A stretch of DNA of 34,578 nucleotides from the NCBI GenBank assembly GCA_964602725.1, contig CAZRRZ010000006.1:1-34578 (forward strand), written 5' to 3'. The notes under the pieces were generated by a model that had not been told where the DNA came from, did no database searches, and was given only the letters and a program-made list of their open reading frames with translations. Every line of letters begins with the position of its first letter. Within the stretch, counting starts at the first letter, position 1. This DNA is from an uncultured Candidatus Saccharibacteria bacterium (GTDB lineage Bacteria > Patescibacteriota > Minisyncoccia > Phycocordibacterales > PALSA-1337). Position numbers and translations under genes: made by a program. This document shows positions 15,899-24,689 of this stretch, piece after piece.

Positions 15899-16687
15899 AT
15901 GTCAGACTATTACAACTCCCGCCGGACAAAAAACATATTTGATCCAAAAAGCACCGAACCGTTCAAGGTTAGCCGATCCAAGATCGATCTGTTCTTAAAT
16001 TGCCCGCTGTGCTTTTATCTCGACTGCCGGCTTGGTGTCGGACGTCCTCCTGGATATCCCTTCGCGCTCAATTCTGCTGTGGACACACTTCTCAAAAAAG
16101 AATTTGACATTCATCGTGCAAAAAAGCGGGCACACCCGCTCATGCATGCATATGGACTAAAGGACGTCGTGCCATTCCAACACGAAGACCTCGATATGTG
16201 GCGGAGCAACTTCAAAGGTATACGATTTGTACACACGCCGAGCAACTTGTTGGTGACAGGTGCTATTGATGATATATGGGTGACCGAAAAGGGTGAGGTC
16301 ATGATTGTTGATTACAAATCAACCAGCAAAGAAGAGAAAGTGTCGCTCGATAAAGAATGGCAGATCGGATACAAACGCCAAATGGAAGTGTATCAATGGC
16401 TCTTCCGCATGAACGGGTTTACTGTGTCGAAGACGGGGTACTTCGTCTACTGTAATGGCAAGACGGATCGGACAGCATTTGATGCCAAACTCGAGTTTGA
16501 TATTGATATTATTCCGTATACAGGCGATGATAGATGGGTGGACACAGCACTCGTCGACATTCGCGACTGTTTGATGTCCGAATCGGCGCCGGCTCCCGCT
16601 CACGCCTGCGACTACTGCTCATATCGCAAAGCCGCACGCGATGTGCAGACGGAGGCACAGACAAAGCGCCCGAAAAAAACGGGGTAA
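15899..16687 (+). CDS. PD-(D/E)XK nuclease family protein, Cas4/RecB-like with probable Fe-S cysteines
   Basis: 262 aa. Has GAIDDIW...IVDYKS (D...D-x-K) and QMEVYQW (QxxxY). Cysteine clusters are present at both ends (NCPLCFYLDC, HACDYCSY). Confidence 0.8.
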   Translation: MSDYYNSRRTKNIFDPKSTEPFKVSRSKIDLFLNCPLCFYLDCRLGVGRPPGYPFALNSAVDTLLKKEFDIHRAKKRAHPLMHAYGLKDVVPFQHEDLDMWRSNFKGIRFVHTPSNLLVTGAIDDIWVTEKGEVMIVDYKSTSKEEKVSLDKEWQIGYKRQMEVYQWLFRMNGFTVSKTGYFVYCNGKTDRTAFDAKLEFDIDIIPYTGDDRWVDTALVDIRDCLMSESAPAPAHACDYCSYRKAARDVQTEAQTKRPKKTG

Positions 16688-16745
16688 AGTAAGATTGTAT
16701 TAACAACCATTAATAACTTTTAATAACATATAACTATATAATCGT

Positions 16746-17228
16746 ATGAAAAAATGTTCATCATGGTGTCACAATAAAAATCTCGGCCTGCTTTTGCTTC
16801 GCATCGCAGTCGGTGTTACGTTCTTAGTTCATGGCATTGGCAAGCTTAGCAATATGACGGGAACGATCGCCTTTTTCGATCAGATTGGCTTTGGGCCATT
16901 CTGGGCGTGGGTGACGGCTCTTGTTGAAACTATCGCCGGTGCGGCTGTTATTCTTGGTCTCTGGTCATGTCTTTCCGGTGGCCTATTGGCTATTATCATG
17001 CTCGTGGTCATTATTGGGGTCAAATGGGGCAATCCATTTACGGGAGGTCCAGGTGCATACGAGCTTGATTTTGTGCTTTTGTTCGCCAGTCTTGCTCTTG
17101 CAAGTATGGGAGGAGGCAAGTTTGCCCTTACTGGCCGTTGTTGCAAAGGAAACAGCCAAGGTTGTGTCTGCAACAAAGAGGGATGTTCAACCTGCTCCAC
17201 AGATACTCCAGCTACCCCAACCCCGTAG
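16746..17228 (+). CDS. DoxX-family membrane protein with a Cys-rich C-terminal tail
   Basis: 160 aa. DoxX-like LLLRIAVGVTFLVHGIGKL and four TM segments. The tail is CCKGNSQGCVCNKEGCSTCSTDTPATPTP. Confidence 0.85.
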   Translation: MKKCSSWCHNKNLGLLLLRIAVGVTFLVHGIGKLSNMTGTIAFFDQIGFGPFWAWVTALVETIAGAAVILGLWSCLSGGLLAIIMLVVIIGVKWGNPFTGGPGAYELDFVLLFASLALASMGGGKFALTGRCCKGNSQGCVCNKEGCSTCSTDTPATPTP

Positions 17229-17247
17229 CATATATAAGGTAGGGAAC

Positions 17248-17276
17248 AAAAAAGACCTCGCTATGAGGTCTTTTTT
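17248..17276. terminator. Bidirectional intrinsic terminator between convergent genes
   Basis: AAAAAAGACCTC - gctat - GAGGTCTTTTTT is perfectly symmetric. Confidence 0.85.
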
Positions 17277-17295
17277 GTTGTCCGGACCGCAGTGC

Positions 17296-17703
17296 TTACC
17301 ATGCACCAATGATGGCGGCTCCAACGACAAAACTCAAAAGCACATTGACGGTATTGATGAGAACGAGCTTGAACGGACGTCGCTCCCACATGATCGAACC
17401 GATGTGCATAGGCAAAGCAAAACCAAGCCACGCAAGTATGCCGACGAATGCGCCGTCGCTGGTGTTATCAACCCCGAGAGTATTCATGGCAAAGCCGAGC
17501 ACGCAGAAAGTTACAAAGGTGATGATAAGCTGGATGACGTAATACTTCACTACACCTTTGGTTTTCGCGTCACTGACCTCTTTGTCAGTGCATCCAGTAA
17601 GACTCATCCATTCCTTACCGAATAAGACTGGTGAATACCAGACTGCTCCGATAACAAACACTGCAACTGTCGCTACGATAACTGACCAAATATTAATATC
17701 CAT
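17296..17703 (-). CDS. DUF1761-like membrane protein
   Basis: 135 aa. N-terminal VFVIGAVWYSPVLFGKEWM pattern and four TM segments. Confidence 0.8.
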   Translation of the reverse strand: MDINIWSVIVATVAVFVIGAVWYSPVLFGKEWMSLTGCTDKEVSDAKTKGVVKYYVIQLIITFVTFCVLGFAMNTLGVDNTSDGAFVGILAWLGFALPMHIGSIMWERRPFKLVLINTVNVLLSFVVGAAIIGAW

Positions 17704-17726
17704 AGGCTCATATGATTATGCTGATA

Positions 17727-17735
17727 TGCTAAAAT
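17727..17735 (+). promoter_or_regulatory. Extended -10 promoter (TGcTAAAAT) 8 nt upstream of the ATG at 17744
   Basis: Lies in a 40-bp divergent intergenic region. A CATAAT element on the opposite strand sits 10-11 nt from the minus-strand ATG at 17703. Confidence 0.5.
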
Positions 17736-17743
17736 GCTAGCAC

Positions 17744-18409
17744 ATGAAGCCCTCAGGAACAATTTTTATTACGGTTGCCGTTATTATAGCTATCGGTGTG
17801 ATGTGGTACGTTGGACAATCGAGCATATCTACGCAGGTGGTCCCTACGTTGGCCGAATATGTTGCTTCTAGCACCCAGGAGCGTACATCTTCATCGACAG
17901 ATCAGACATCTGCGGCGTGGATGGCTTCATCCACCGTCTTACGTCTGCTACTTTCAGATTTTATTTCGACCTCTACACCACTAGTAGTGCCTCCTGAACC
18001 GGTTGTGCAAAAAACACTTCCTCCTCAGCCGACCATTTCTGCAAAATCAACTCTGGCCGAGGGATATATCCGCGCCCCAAAAGGCAATTTGCGCGTGATT
18101 GTCGTAAAAACTCCAGCTACACGTGAACGCGGACTGAGTGGGTATACCTCATTGCCCAATGACCAAGGAATGTTGTTTATTTTTCCACGTACCGGGAAGA
18201 TTGATTTTTGGATGCGGGATATGAATTTCCCCATTGACCTCGTGTGGATCAATAAAGACAAAAAAATTGTCGGCGTAACGAAGAATATGTCCCCGGAATC
18301 CTACCCCAAAACATTTTCATCGCCCGGAGATGTCCAATTCGTCATTGAAGTCAACGTCGGCGTTGCAGACACACTCGGTTTAGTGACTGGCACGCGTTTG
18401 ACCTTCTAA
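17744..18409 (+). CDS. DUF192 domain protein with an N-terminal membrane anchor
   Basis: 221 aa. C-terminal GLSGYTSLPNDQGMLFIF...FWMRDMNFPIDLVWINKDKKIVGV matches the DUF192 pattern. Confidence 0.85.
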   Translation: MKPSGTIFITVAVIIAIGVMWYVGQSSISTQVVPTLAEYVASSTQERTSSSTDQTSAAWMASSTVLRLLLSDFISTSTPLVVPPEPVVQKTLPPQPTISAKSTLAEGYIRAPKGNLRVIVVKTPATRERGLSGYTSLPNDQGMLFIFPRTGKIDFWMRDMNFPIDLVWINKDKKIVGVTKNMSPESYPKTFSSPGDVQFVIEVNVGVADTLGLVTGTRLTF

Positions 18410-18744
18410 TATGTGTGGATAAGTAGGCATTTTTTCGTGTCTTTTCATCAAGACAGAAAAACTTGTTTTGGTTTTTCAAAAAAATGACTTTTGATATGCC
18501 CAATAATCGTTGAAAATACTTTCCATTTTGGGAGGGGCTCTTCACAGAGTGGTAATTTCCATTTCAAGTGCTGATTTTGGTCGAAAAAAGCTTGCAAGTA
18601 CTTTCTTTTGCTCATGAACGGGGGTACAATATGACTAAACAATAACTTCTTAATCGTCTAGACTACAGGTCTCGATCGAGAGTGAAAGCACATCGGTTTG
18701 ATTATTAAAAAACATTTAGTAGCGAGAGCTGTTTACACACACGT

Positions 18745-21069
18745 ATGCCAAAAAATAAAAAAACTGCCACAAAGGGGGCGGCTAAGGCCGTTTCCATCCC
18801 CACAATTATCAAGCGAGACGGACGTATCGTGCCGTTTGATTTGCAAAAGATCACCAACGCCATTTGGAAAGGCATGAACACCGTCAAAGAGGGGTCAATG
18901 GAAGAGGCGCAGCTCGTCGCTCAACAGGTTTTTGCTGAAATGGTTCGCATCAAACGCAAGTTTGACAACTTTTTGCCGACAGTTGAGGGTGTTCAGGATA
19001 TTGTTGAGGCAGAATTGATGCGGGCTGACTACATCAAGACCGCAAAGCACTATGTGCTCTATCGTGAAGAACATGCAAAACTCCGCGCCGTCGGCTTGGA
19101 GATTCCTCCACATGTCCGCAAGCTCGCTACTGATTCCCAGTCATATTTCCGCAACGCGCTCGGTGAGTTCGTATACTATCGCTCATACTCGCGATGGATC
19201 GATACCGAGAACCGACGTGAGACATATATAGAGACTGTCGATCGTTATTTGGCTTTTATGAAAGAACATCTCGGGTCAAAGCTCAAGGATGCTGAATACA
19301 AAGAGATTCGTGAAGCGGTCCTGACCCAACAGGCAATGCCGTCGATGCGCTTGTTCCAATTTTCCGGAAAAGCTGCGCGTGTCACCAATGTTTGCGCATA
19401 CAACTGTTCATTTATTGCTCCAGAGTCATTCCAGGACCTTGCCGAGATTATGTACATTTCTATGTGTGGTACTGGTGCTGGTTGGGCAGTAGAGAGTACG
19501 AACGTTGAAAAGTTTCCGCAGATTATGATGCAGACAGGCGACAAGCCGGCAAAGCATGTGATCCCTGATCACAAAGAAGGTTGGGCAGACTCACTGGTCG
19601 TTGGTATGAAAGCTTGGGCATTGGGCAAAGATGTCGAATTTGATTTTTCACAGATCCGTCCGGAAGGTTCACGACTCAAAGTGATGGGCGGCAAAGCCTC
19701 GGGTCCGGCTCCATTGCAGCGATTGCTCGGTTTTACACGCCAGATCATGTTGACTCGCCAAGGCAAGCGTCTGCGCGCCATTGATCTTCATGACATCATT
19801 TGTATGATTGGCGATTGTGTGGTTGCTGGAGGTGTTCGTCGCAGTGCCATGATCTCATTGTCAGATCTTGGTGACGATCAGATTCGCGACGCAAAGAAGG
19901 GTGCCTTCTATGTAACTCATCCACACCGCATGCTCGCCAACAATTCAGCTGTATACATAAACAAGCCCTCAAATGAAGAGTTTTTGAAGGAATGGATGGC
20001 TCTTATTGAGAGCAGGTCCGGTGAGCGCGGTATATTCAATCGTGGCTCTTTAGCCAAGACGCTTCCGGAGCGTCGCATCAAGGTCCTCAAGGAATACAAG
20101 GGATACTTTGATTCAACAGGTCAGCATATTGTTGGTCCGATCGGCACAAATCCATGCGGTGAGATCATTCTCCAGTCAAAACAGTTCTGCAATTTGTCCG
20201 AGATTGTCGCCCGTGCAGAAGATACTGAAAAGACCCTACTCAAAAAGATGCGTATTGCGACTATTCTTGGGACATATCAGTCGACATTGACCAACTTCCC
20301 GTATCTTTCAAAAGAATGGAAAGAGCACTGCGATCGTGAGCGTCTTCTTGGAGTATCTATTACCGGAACATGGGATTCCCCGGCGGTTCGCAATCCAGAA
20401 ACATTGCGCAAGCTCAAAGCCGAAGCTATCCGTGTCAACAAAGAATACGCAAAGAGATTTGGCGTCAACGAGTCGACGGCTATTACATGCATCAAGCCAT
20501 CAGGCACCTTGTCGCAGACTGTCGACTGTTCATCGGGCATGCATCCACGTCACTCAAAGTATTACATCCGCCGCATCCGCATTGCCGCTACCGACTCACT
20601 TTTCAAGATGCTCAGAGATCAGGGAGTGCCATATTTCCCAGAAGTAGGGCAGACCGAGGAGAATGCTACGACCTACGTGTTGGAGTTCCCGGTCAAGGCT
20701 CCCTCAGGTTCTATTTTCCGAGACGACTTGTCAGCTATCGAACAGCTCGAGTATTGGAAGATGGTCAAGGAAAATTATACCGAGCACAATCCATCAGTGA
20801 CCATCTCTGTTGGCAGCAGCGAATGGATCGCTGTAGCCAACTGGGTCTACGAAAACTGGGATATGGTAGGAGGCCTCTCGTTCCTTCCTCGTGAAGATGC
20901 CGTCTACAAACTTGCTCCATATGAGTCTATCGACGAGAAAAAGTTCAAGGAGCTTTCAAAGCGCCTCGAGCATATCGACTACTCAAAGATCCTCATCTAT
21001 GAGAAGCAAAATGAAACAGATCTCAAAAAAGAGTTGGCGTGCGTGAGTGGTGTATGTGAGATTGTGTAA
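18745..21069 (+). CDS. nrdJ: Adenosylcobalamin-dependent (class II) ribonucleotide reductase with an N-terminal ATP-cone
   Basis: 774 aa. The ATP-cone is IIKRDGRIVPFDLQKITNAI...HYVLYREEHAKLR. The active-site loop is TNPCGEIILQSKQFCNLSEIV. The C-terminal redox pair is CVSGVCEIV (Cx4C), as in monomeric RTPR-type enzymes. Confidence 0.92.
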   Translation: MPKNKKTATKGAAKAVSIPTIIKRDGRIVPFDLQKITNAIWKGMNTVKEGSMEEAQLVAQQVFAEMVRIKRKFDNFLPTVEGVQDIVEAELMRADYIKTAKHYVLYREEHAKLRAVGLEIPPHVRKLATDSQSYFRNALGEFVYYRSYSRWIDTENRRETYIETVDRYLAFMKEHLGSKLKDAEYKEIREAVLTQQAMPSMRLFQFSGKAARVTNVCAYNCSFIAPESFQDLAEIMYISMCGTGAGWAVESTNVEKFPQIMMQTGDKPAKHVIPDHKEGWADSLVVGMKAWALGKDVEFDFSQIRPEGSRLKVMGGKASGPAPLQRLLGFTRQIMLTRQGKRLRAIDLHDIICMIGDCVVAGGVRRSAMISLSDLGDDQIRDAKKGAFYVTHPHRMLANNSAVYINKPSNEEFLKEWMALIESRSGERGIFNRGSLAKTLPERRIKVLKEYKGYFDSTGQHIVGPIGTNPCGEIILQSKQFCNLSEIVARAEDTEKTLLKKMRIATILGTYQSTLTNFPYLSKEWKEHCDRERLLGVSITGTWDSPAVRNPETLRKLKAEAIRVNKEYAKRFGVNESTAITCIKPSGTLSQTVDCSSGMHPRHSKYYIRRIRIAATDSLFKMLRDQGVPYFPEVGQTEENATTYVLEFPVKAPSGSIFRDDLSAIEQLEYWKMVKENYTEHNPSVTISVGSSEWIAVANWVYENWDMVGGLSFLPREDAVYKLAPYESIDEKKFKELSKRLEHIDYSKILIYEKQNETDLKKELACVSGVCEIV

Positions 21070-21087
21070 AGGGGGATATCTATATAT

Positions 21088-21117
21088 AAAAAAACGACCG
21101 CTCCCGAATGGGGGCGG
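21088..21117 (-). terminator. Intrinsic terminator of the minus-strand gene 21148-21603 (may also act on nrdJ)
   Basis: CCGCTCCC - gaat - GGGGGCGG forms an 8-bp stem with one G-U pair. The A-run on the plus strand is a T-run downstream on the minus strand. Confidence 0.7.
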
Positions 21118-21147
21118 CGTTGCGTATGGATGGTAGAGCCTGATCGC

Positions 21148-21603
21148 TTACTTGACGACAGGTGTGTGCCGTGGAACGTAGCGATAAACTGGCTTGTGCC
21201 CAAAAAGTATTTCCAGTTCTGTCCCAAGGTCTTCGAGCTTGATAAGCAGTTCGTCAATAGGTGTACTGCTCCAACCTTGCGCGCTTACCGCGATGTTTCG
21301 GAATGTATCCACCTCGACTTGAAGCTTGAGCGACATACGCGAACCTCTGTCCGAGTTGGTGTGCTTGCGAACCGTGAACGTGCTAGACCCGGTCTGTTCG
21401 ATGGTGAGGTATTCCGCTTCATTCGCTTGAGGCTGACCTGTGAGCAAGATTTTGGTCAGCAGTTCTTTCAGATAGGCCTCGTCATCACGGCGCCGCCAAA
21501 TCTGTTCCTGATCAAGCCGTCTCTGGCGGGCGGGGCTTACCAGCCACAGGAATGCGGCAATGGCCAGTATGGCCAGTATTACCAAGACATGTTTGAGTTC
21601 CAT
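21148..21603 (-). CDS. Hypothetical protein with an N-terminal TM anchor (151 aa)
   Basis: Hydrophobic N-terminus (VLVILAILAIAAFLWLV) followed by a charged soluble part, with a terminator downstream. It is preferred over the overlapping plus-strand ORF 21130-21675, whose composition (Arg/Cys/Phe-rich) looks like an antisense shadow. Confidence 0.55.
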   Translation of the reverse strand: MELKHVLVILAILAIAAFLWLVSPARQRRLDQEQIWRRRDDEAYLKELLTKILLTGQPQANEAEYLTIEQTGSSTFTVRKHTNSDRGSRMSLKLQVEVDTFRNIAVSAQGWSSTPIDELLIKLEDLGTELEILFGHKPVYRYVPRHTPVVK

Positions 21604-21700
21604 AATGTTCTTTCGTTGATATGCGCATATGCCCGTCGTGGGCTTATGGGGCGGAGTGAGGCGCCCAAGTTCTAGAGCAAATTACCATATAAGGTACCTA

Positions 21701-21729
21701 TTGTCAATAACTGCCAAATGCTGTATAGT
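21701..21729 (+). promoter_or_regulatory. Sigma-70-type promoter of the RNase P RNA gene
   Basis: TTGTCA - 17 nt - TATAGT. The predicted start at about 21735-21736 coincides with the 5' strand of the P1 helix. Confidence 0.65.
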
Positions 21730-21732
21730 GCC

Positions 21733-22100
21733 GAGAGCTGTACGAGACAATCGCGCTTGCGCCGCAAGGCACGAGTGAGGAAAGTCCGAACACTGGCATG
21801 GTGAGCAAGCGATCGCTTTCATCATGCAAACAAGTAGCAGGTAACGCCTGTCAGGGTAATACCCAGAGGTGCGAACAGTGACGCTTCCACGCCGAAAGGC
21901 GAAAGCTCCTCGCAAGAGGATGAATCTCATGGCAACATGAGGGTGCAACGGCAAAACCCTTACTCCAGTGCAAGACCGCGCCTCGCAAGAGGAGAGTCGC
22001 TTGAGATGTGCAGCGATGCATGTCCTAGATAAATGATTGTTGCCATGCAGTGCGTCATGCATTACGTGGAACAGAATTCGGCTTACCGTACGGCTTAACA
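21733..22100 (+). ncRNA. rnpB: RNase P RNA, bacterial type A
   Basis: Universally conserved GAGGAAAGTCCGAAC at 21777-21791. Also AGCAGGTAACGCCTG, CTAGATAAATGATTGT and ACAGAATTCGGCTTA. The P1 helix (GAGCTGTACG 21735-21744 with CGTACGGCTT 22087-22096) and the P2 helix (ACAATC / GATTGT) can both be paired. Confidence 0.9.
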
Positions 22101-22103
22101 AAA

Positions 22104-22132
22104 ATACTCCCGAGAAATCGGGGGTATTTTTG
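22104..22132 (+). terminator. Intrinsic terminator after rnpB
   Basis: ATACTCCCG - loop - CGGGGGTAT followed by TTTTT. Confidence 0.8.
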
Positions 22133-22241
22133 CGCCATAGTGATCTGTCTTTGGGTTATGAACATGCTATAAACAGGTTGGCATTTGCCGTACGGCTGTT
22201 ATAATAGCCATTGTTATAATAATAATCACACATACTCATTT

Positions 22242-24665
22242 ATGAACCCTGAACCATTCTCCGCGGGTGTAAAAACTTCTTCAGTAGAGACGACTTTGGC
22301 GCGATCGTCATCACGACTCGAGTCGATTGCCTTTTATGTTCTCTTAATCACGGTCATACTTGCTCCATTGGCGTTCTTGCCGACTCCATATATTATTTTG
22401 GATGCGGTCAAGACAATGCTTATTGCTATTGGCACGCTCGTGTCTGCTGTCTTGTATGGGGTCATTGCCTATAAAGAAAGAAGTCTCATATTACCGCCAC
22501 GGAGCATTGCTTGGACAGGTGCGCTCATCCTGGTTTCTTTGGTTGTATCTTCATTTACCAGTGTTCATTTGGGCAAGTCGTTCTTTGGTCAGGGATTTGA
22601 GCTCAATACCGCCAGCTTTGGACTGATTCTCCTAGTTTCTGCTCTGGTCGTCTTTACCGCTGTATATCGCAAAGTAGAACGAGTCTCGGTGATATATTTA
22701 GGCATGGCTGTTCCATTTATTCTGCTTGCTATTCTTCATTTGGCGCGGCTCCTGATAGGTCCTTCATTCGTTACATTGGGCGTATTGTCCGGCGTCACTA
22801 CCACACTAGTTGGTACTTGGTATGATCTGGCCTCATACGCGATCATTGTGGCATTCATCACAGTGCCGGCGCTTATCTTCCTCCCACTATCTCGCCGGAT
22901 CAGGGTTGTCTACTGGATTTTGCTCGTGGTATCGCTTATAGGTGCACTCATCATCAATAGTATTCTCGTCTGGTCCATAGCTGCACTCGTATTCCTTGCA
23001 TTGACCATATATGCCAGTATCATTCGTCCGCGTTCTGCGGTTGGGGGATTCTCCGGCATTCTCAAGAAAATAGCATGGCTACCGTTAGTGCTCTTCATTA
23101 TTTCCGGTATCCTTTCTATTTGGGGGACATCCATTGCTAGCCCGGTCATTGCCAAATTCAATGCTTCATATACTACACTGACTTTGCCATGGCAATTAAC
23201 TATCGACGTCGATGCTGACTCAATCAAAGCCGCTCCGCTTTTTGGGATCGGCCCAAATCATTTCGGTCAGGCTTACATCGCATATAAACCTTCGATCATC
23301 AATACGACGTACGCGTGGAATGCCGAATTCAACTACGCTTTCAGTCTGCTCAGTACATTTGTCGCAACTCAAGGAATATTTGGGGTCATCTCATGGGTGC
23401 TCTTCTTTATTTTCCTCGGGATAATCGCGGTTCGAGGGTTGCGTAGGCTTCCTAATGACCCTCAGGCCAGATTTGCTGTTGCGTCGTCTTCTTTTACTGC
23501 ACTATTCTTGTGGACATTGTCGGCGTTCACTGTTCCATCGCACGTTATTCTCTTCTATACCTACGTAGCTACGGCTATCGCTGTGGCGTCGATTGCAAGA
23601 TATGCGATCGTTGCTCCGTGGACCATTGCTCCGCGAGCGGGTCTTCGATCACGTGCGGTACTCTCTGTTTGTACGATTGTTCTAGTTGTTGCGGGGATTG
23701 TGTGGGGGGTCGTTTATGTCAAAGATGGTATTGCCATTGCGTATTTTGGTTCAGGGGTAAAGCAATTGACGGTACAAGGTGACCCATCTGCCGCCGATAC
23801 CGCTTTCTTAAAAGCATATTCATTCAACGCGTCGGATGTATATCTGCGCGCGCGCGCCGAGGCAGGTATCTCACAGGCTAGCAAATTGATTTCTACGATA
23901 CGATCTGATGCGCCAGCCTCAACATCGCAGGCCATTGTCACTCAAGTCTTTGAAGTCATTAACTCCGCAGTCAAACAGTCGCAAGCCGCTATCGCCTACG
24001 ATCCTACAAACTATTACAATTACGCTTCAGAAGCGCGCGTTTCCGAGCTTGCTACGAACGTCCGCATGGATAAGGCATATGAAAATGCTGTCAATTCGTA
24101 CACAGAAGCTATTAGGCGTAATCCCCTCAACCCATCATTGTATTTGAGTCTGGCGCAACTTCAGGCATCCCAAAATAAACTTGACGATGCGTTGAAGACT
24201 CTTGGTGCCACTTTGCAAATCAAGAACAATTATCTTGATGCGATATTCCTTCTCTCGCAAGTCACTGCGGCCCAAGGAAACCTTAGAGATGCGATCATTG
24301 CAGCCCAGGTTGCGACCCAGCTCAATCCGCAAAATGCCATTCTTTTCTTCCAGCTGGGCCTCCTACAGTACAACAACAAAGATTACACAGCAGCGGCAAA
24401 GGCTCTTGAGACAGCTGTACAACTTCAGACTGATTATGCCAATGCGCAGTACTTCCTCGGTCTTTCGTATGCCCGCCTGAACAATATTTCTGGTGCTATT
24501 GAACACTTTGAACGTTTGGCGGCATCTAACCCTGACAATCAAGAGGTGGCGTTTATCTTGAGCAATCTTCAGGCAGGCAGATCTCCGTTCGCTGACGCAA
24601 TACCACCCGTAACTCCGGCCCCTGAAAAGCGCTCCTCACTCCCTATAAAAGAGAAAAAGAAATAA
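22242..24665 (+). CDS. Polytopic O-antigen ligase/polymerase-like (Wzy_C-like) membrane protein with a C-terminal TPR domain
   Basis: About 12 TM segments, then FGIGPNHFGQAY, further TM segments, and at least 5 TPR-like repeats in the last ~230 aa (AYENAVNSYTEAIRRNP..., YANAQYFLGLSYARLNN...). The ATG at 22242 is preferred over the TTG at 22185, because TATAAT at 22214 and CATACT at 22231 lie just upstream. Confidence 0.8.
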   Translation: MNPEPFSAGVKTSSVETTLARSSSRLESIAFYVLLITVILAPLAFLPTPYIILDAVKTMLIAIGTLVSAVLYGVIAYKERSLILPPRSIAWTGALILVSLVVSSFTSVHLGKSFFGQGFELNTASFGLILLVSALVVFTAVYRKVERVSVIYLGMAVPFILLAILHLARLLIGPSFVTLGVLSGVTTTLVGTWYDLASYAIIVAFITVPALIFLPLSRRIRVVYWILLVVSLIGALIINSILVWSIAALVFLALTIYASIIRPRSAVGGFSGILKKIAWLPLVLFIISGILSIWGTSIASPVIAKFNASYTTLTLPWQLTIDVDADSIKAAPLFGIGPNHFGQAYIAYKPSIINTTYAWNAEFNYAFSLLSTFVATQGIFGVISWVLFFIFLGIIAVRGLRRLPNDPQARFAVASSSFTALFLWTLSAFTVPSHVILFYTYVATAIAVASIARYAIVAPWTIAPRAGLRSRAVLSVCTIVLVVAGIVWGVVYVKDGIAIAYFGSGVKQLTVQGDPSAADTAFLKAYSFNASDVYLRARAEAGISQASKLISTIRSDAPASTSQAIVTQVFEVINSAVKQSQAAIAYDPTNYYNYASEARVSELATNVRMDKAYENAVNSYTEAIRRNPLNPSLYLSLAQLQASQNKLDDALKTLGATLQIKNNYLDAIFLLSQVTAAQGNLRDAIIAAQVATQLNPQNAILFFQLGLLQYNNKDYTAAAKALETAVQLQTDYANAQYFLGLSYARLNNISGAIEHFERLAASNPDNQEVAFILSNLQAGRSPFADAIPPVTPAPEKRSSLPIKEKKK

Positions 24666-24689
24666 GACGTACACAACCGGAGATATCCA

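Noticed and set aside
18410-18744. Cobalamin riboswitch or NrdR boxes upstream of nrdJ
   Set aside because: I searched by eye for a B12-box-like core and for paired 16-bp NrdR palindromes and found neither. Only unrelated palindromes are present. A covariance-model scan would be needed to be sure.
21130-21675. 181-aa plus-strand ORF overlapping the 151-aa minus-strand ORF
   Set aside because: Its composition is Arg/Cys/Phe-rich and not protein-like, and it has no start context. The terminator orientation and the N-terminal TM helix favour the minus-strand gene. Neither has homology support, so the strand call remains tentative.
21682-22101. 139-aa minus-strand ORF in the supplied track
   Set aside because: It lies entirely antisense to a clear bacterial RNase P RNA, with GAGGAAAGTCC and ACAGAATTCGGCTTA on the plus strand and pairable P1/P2 helices. 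This is a shadow ORF, not a gene.
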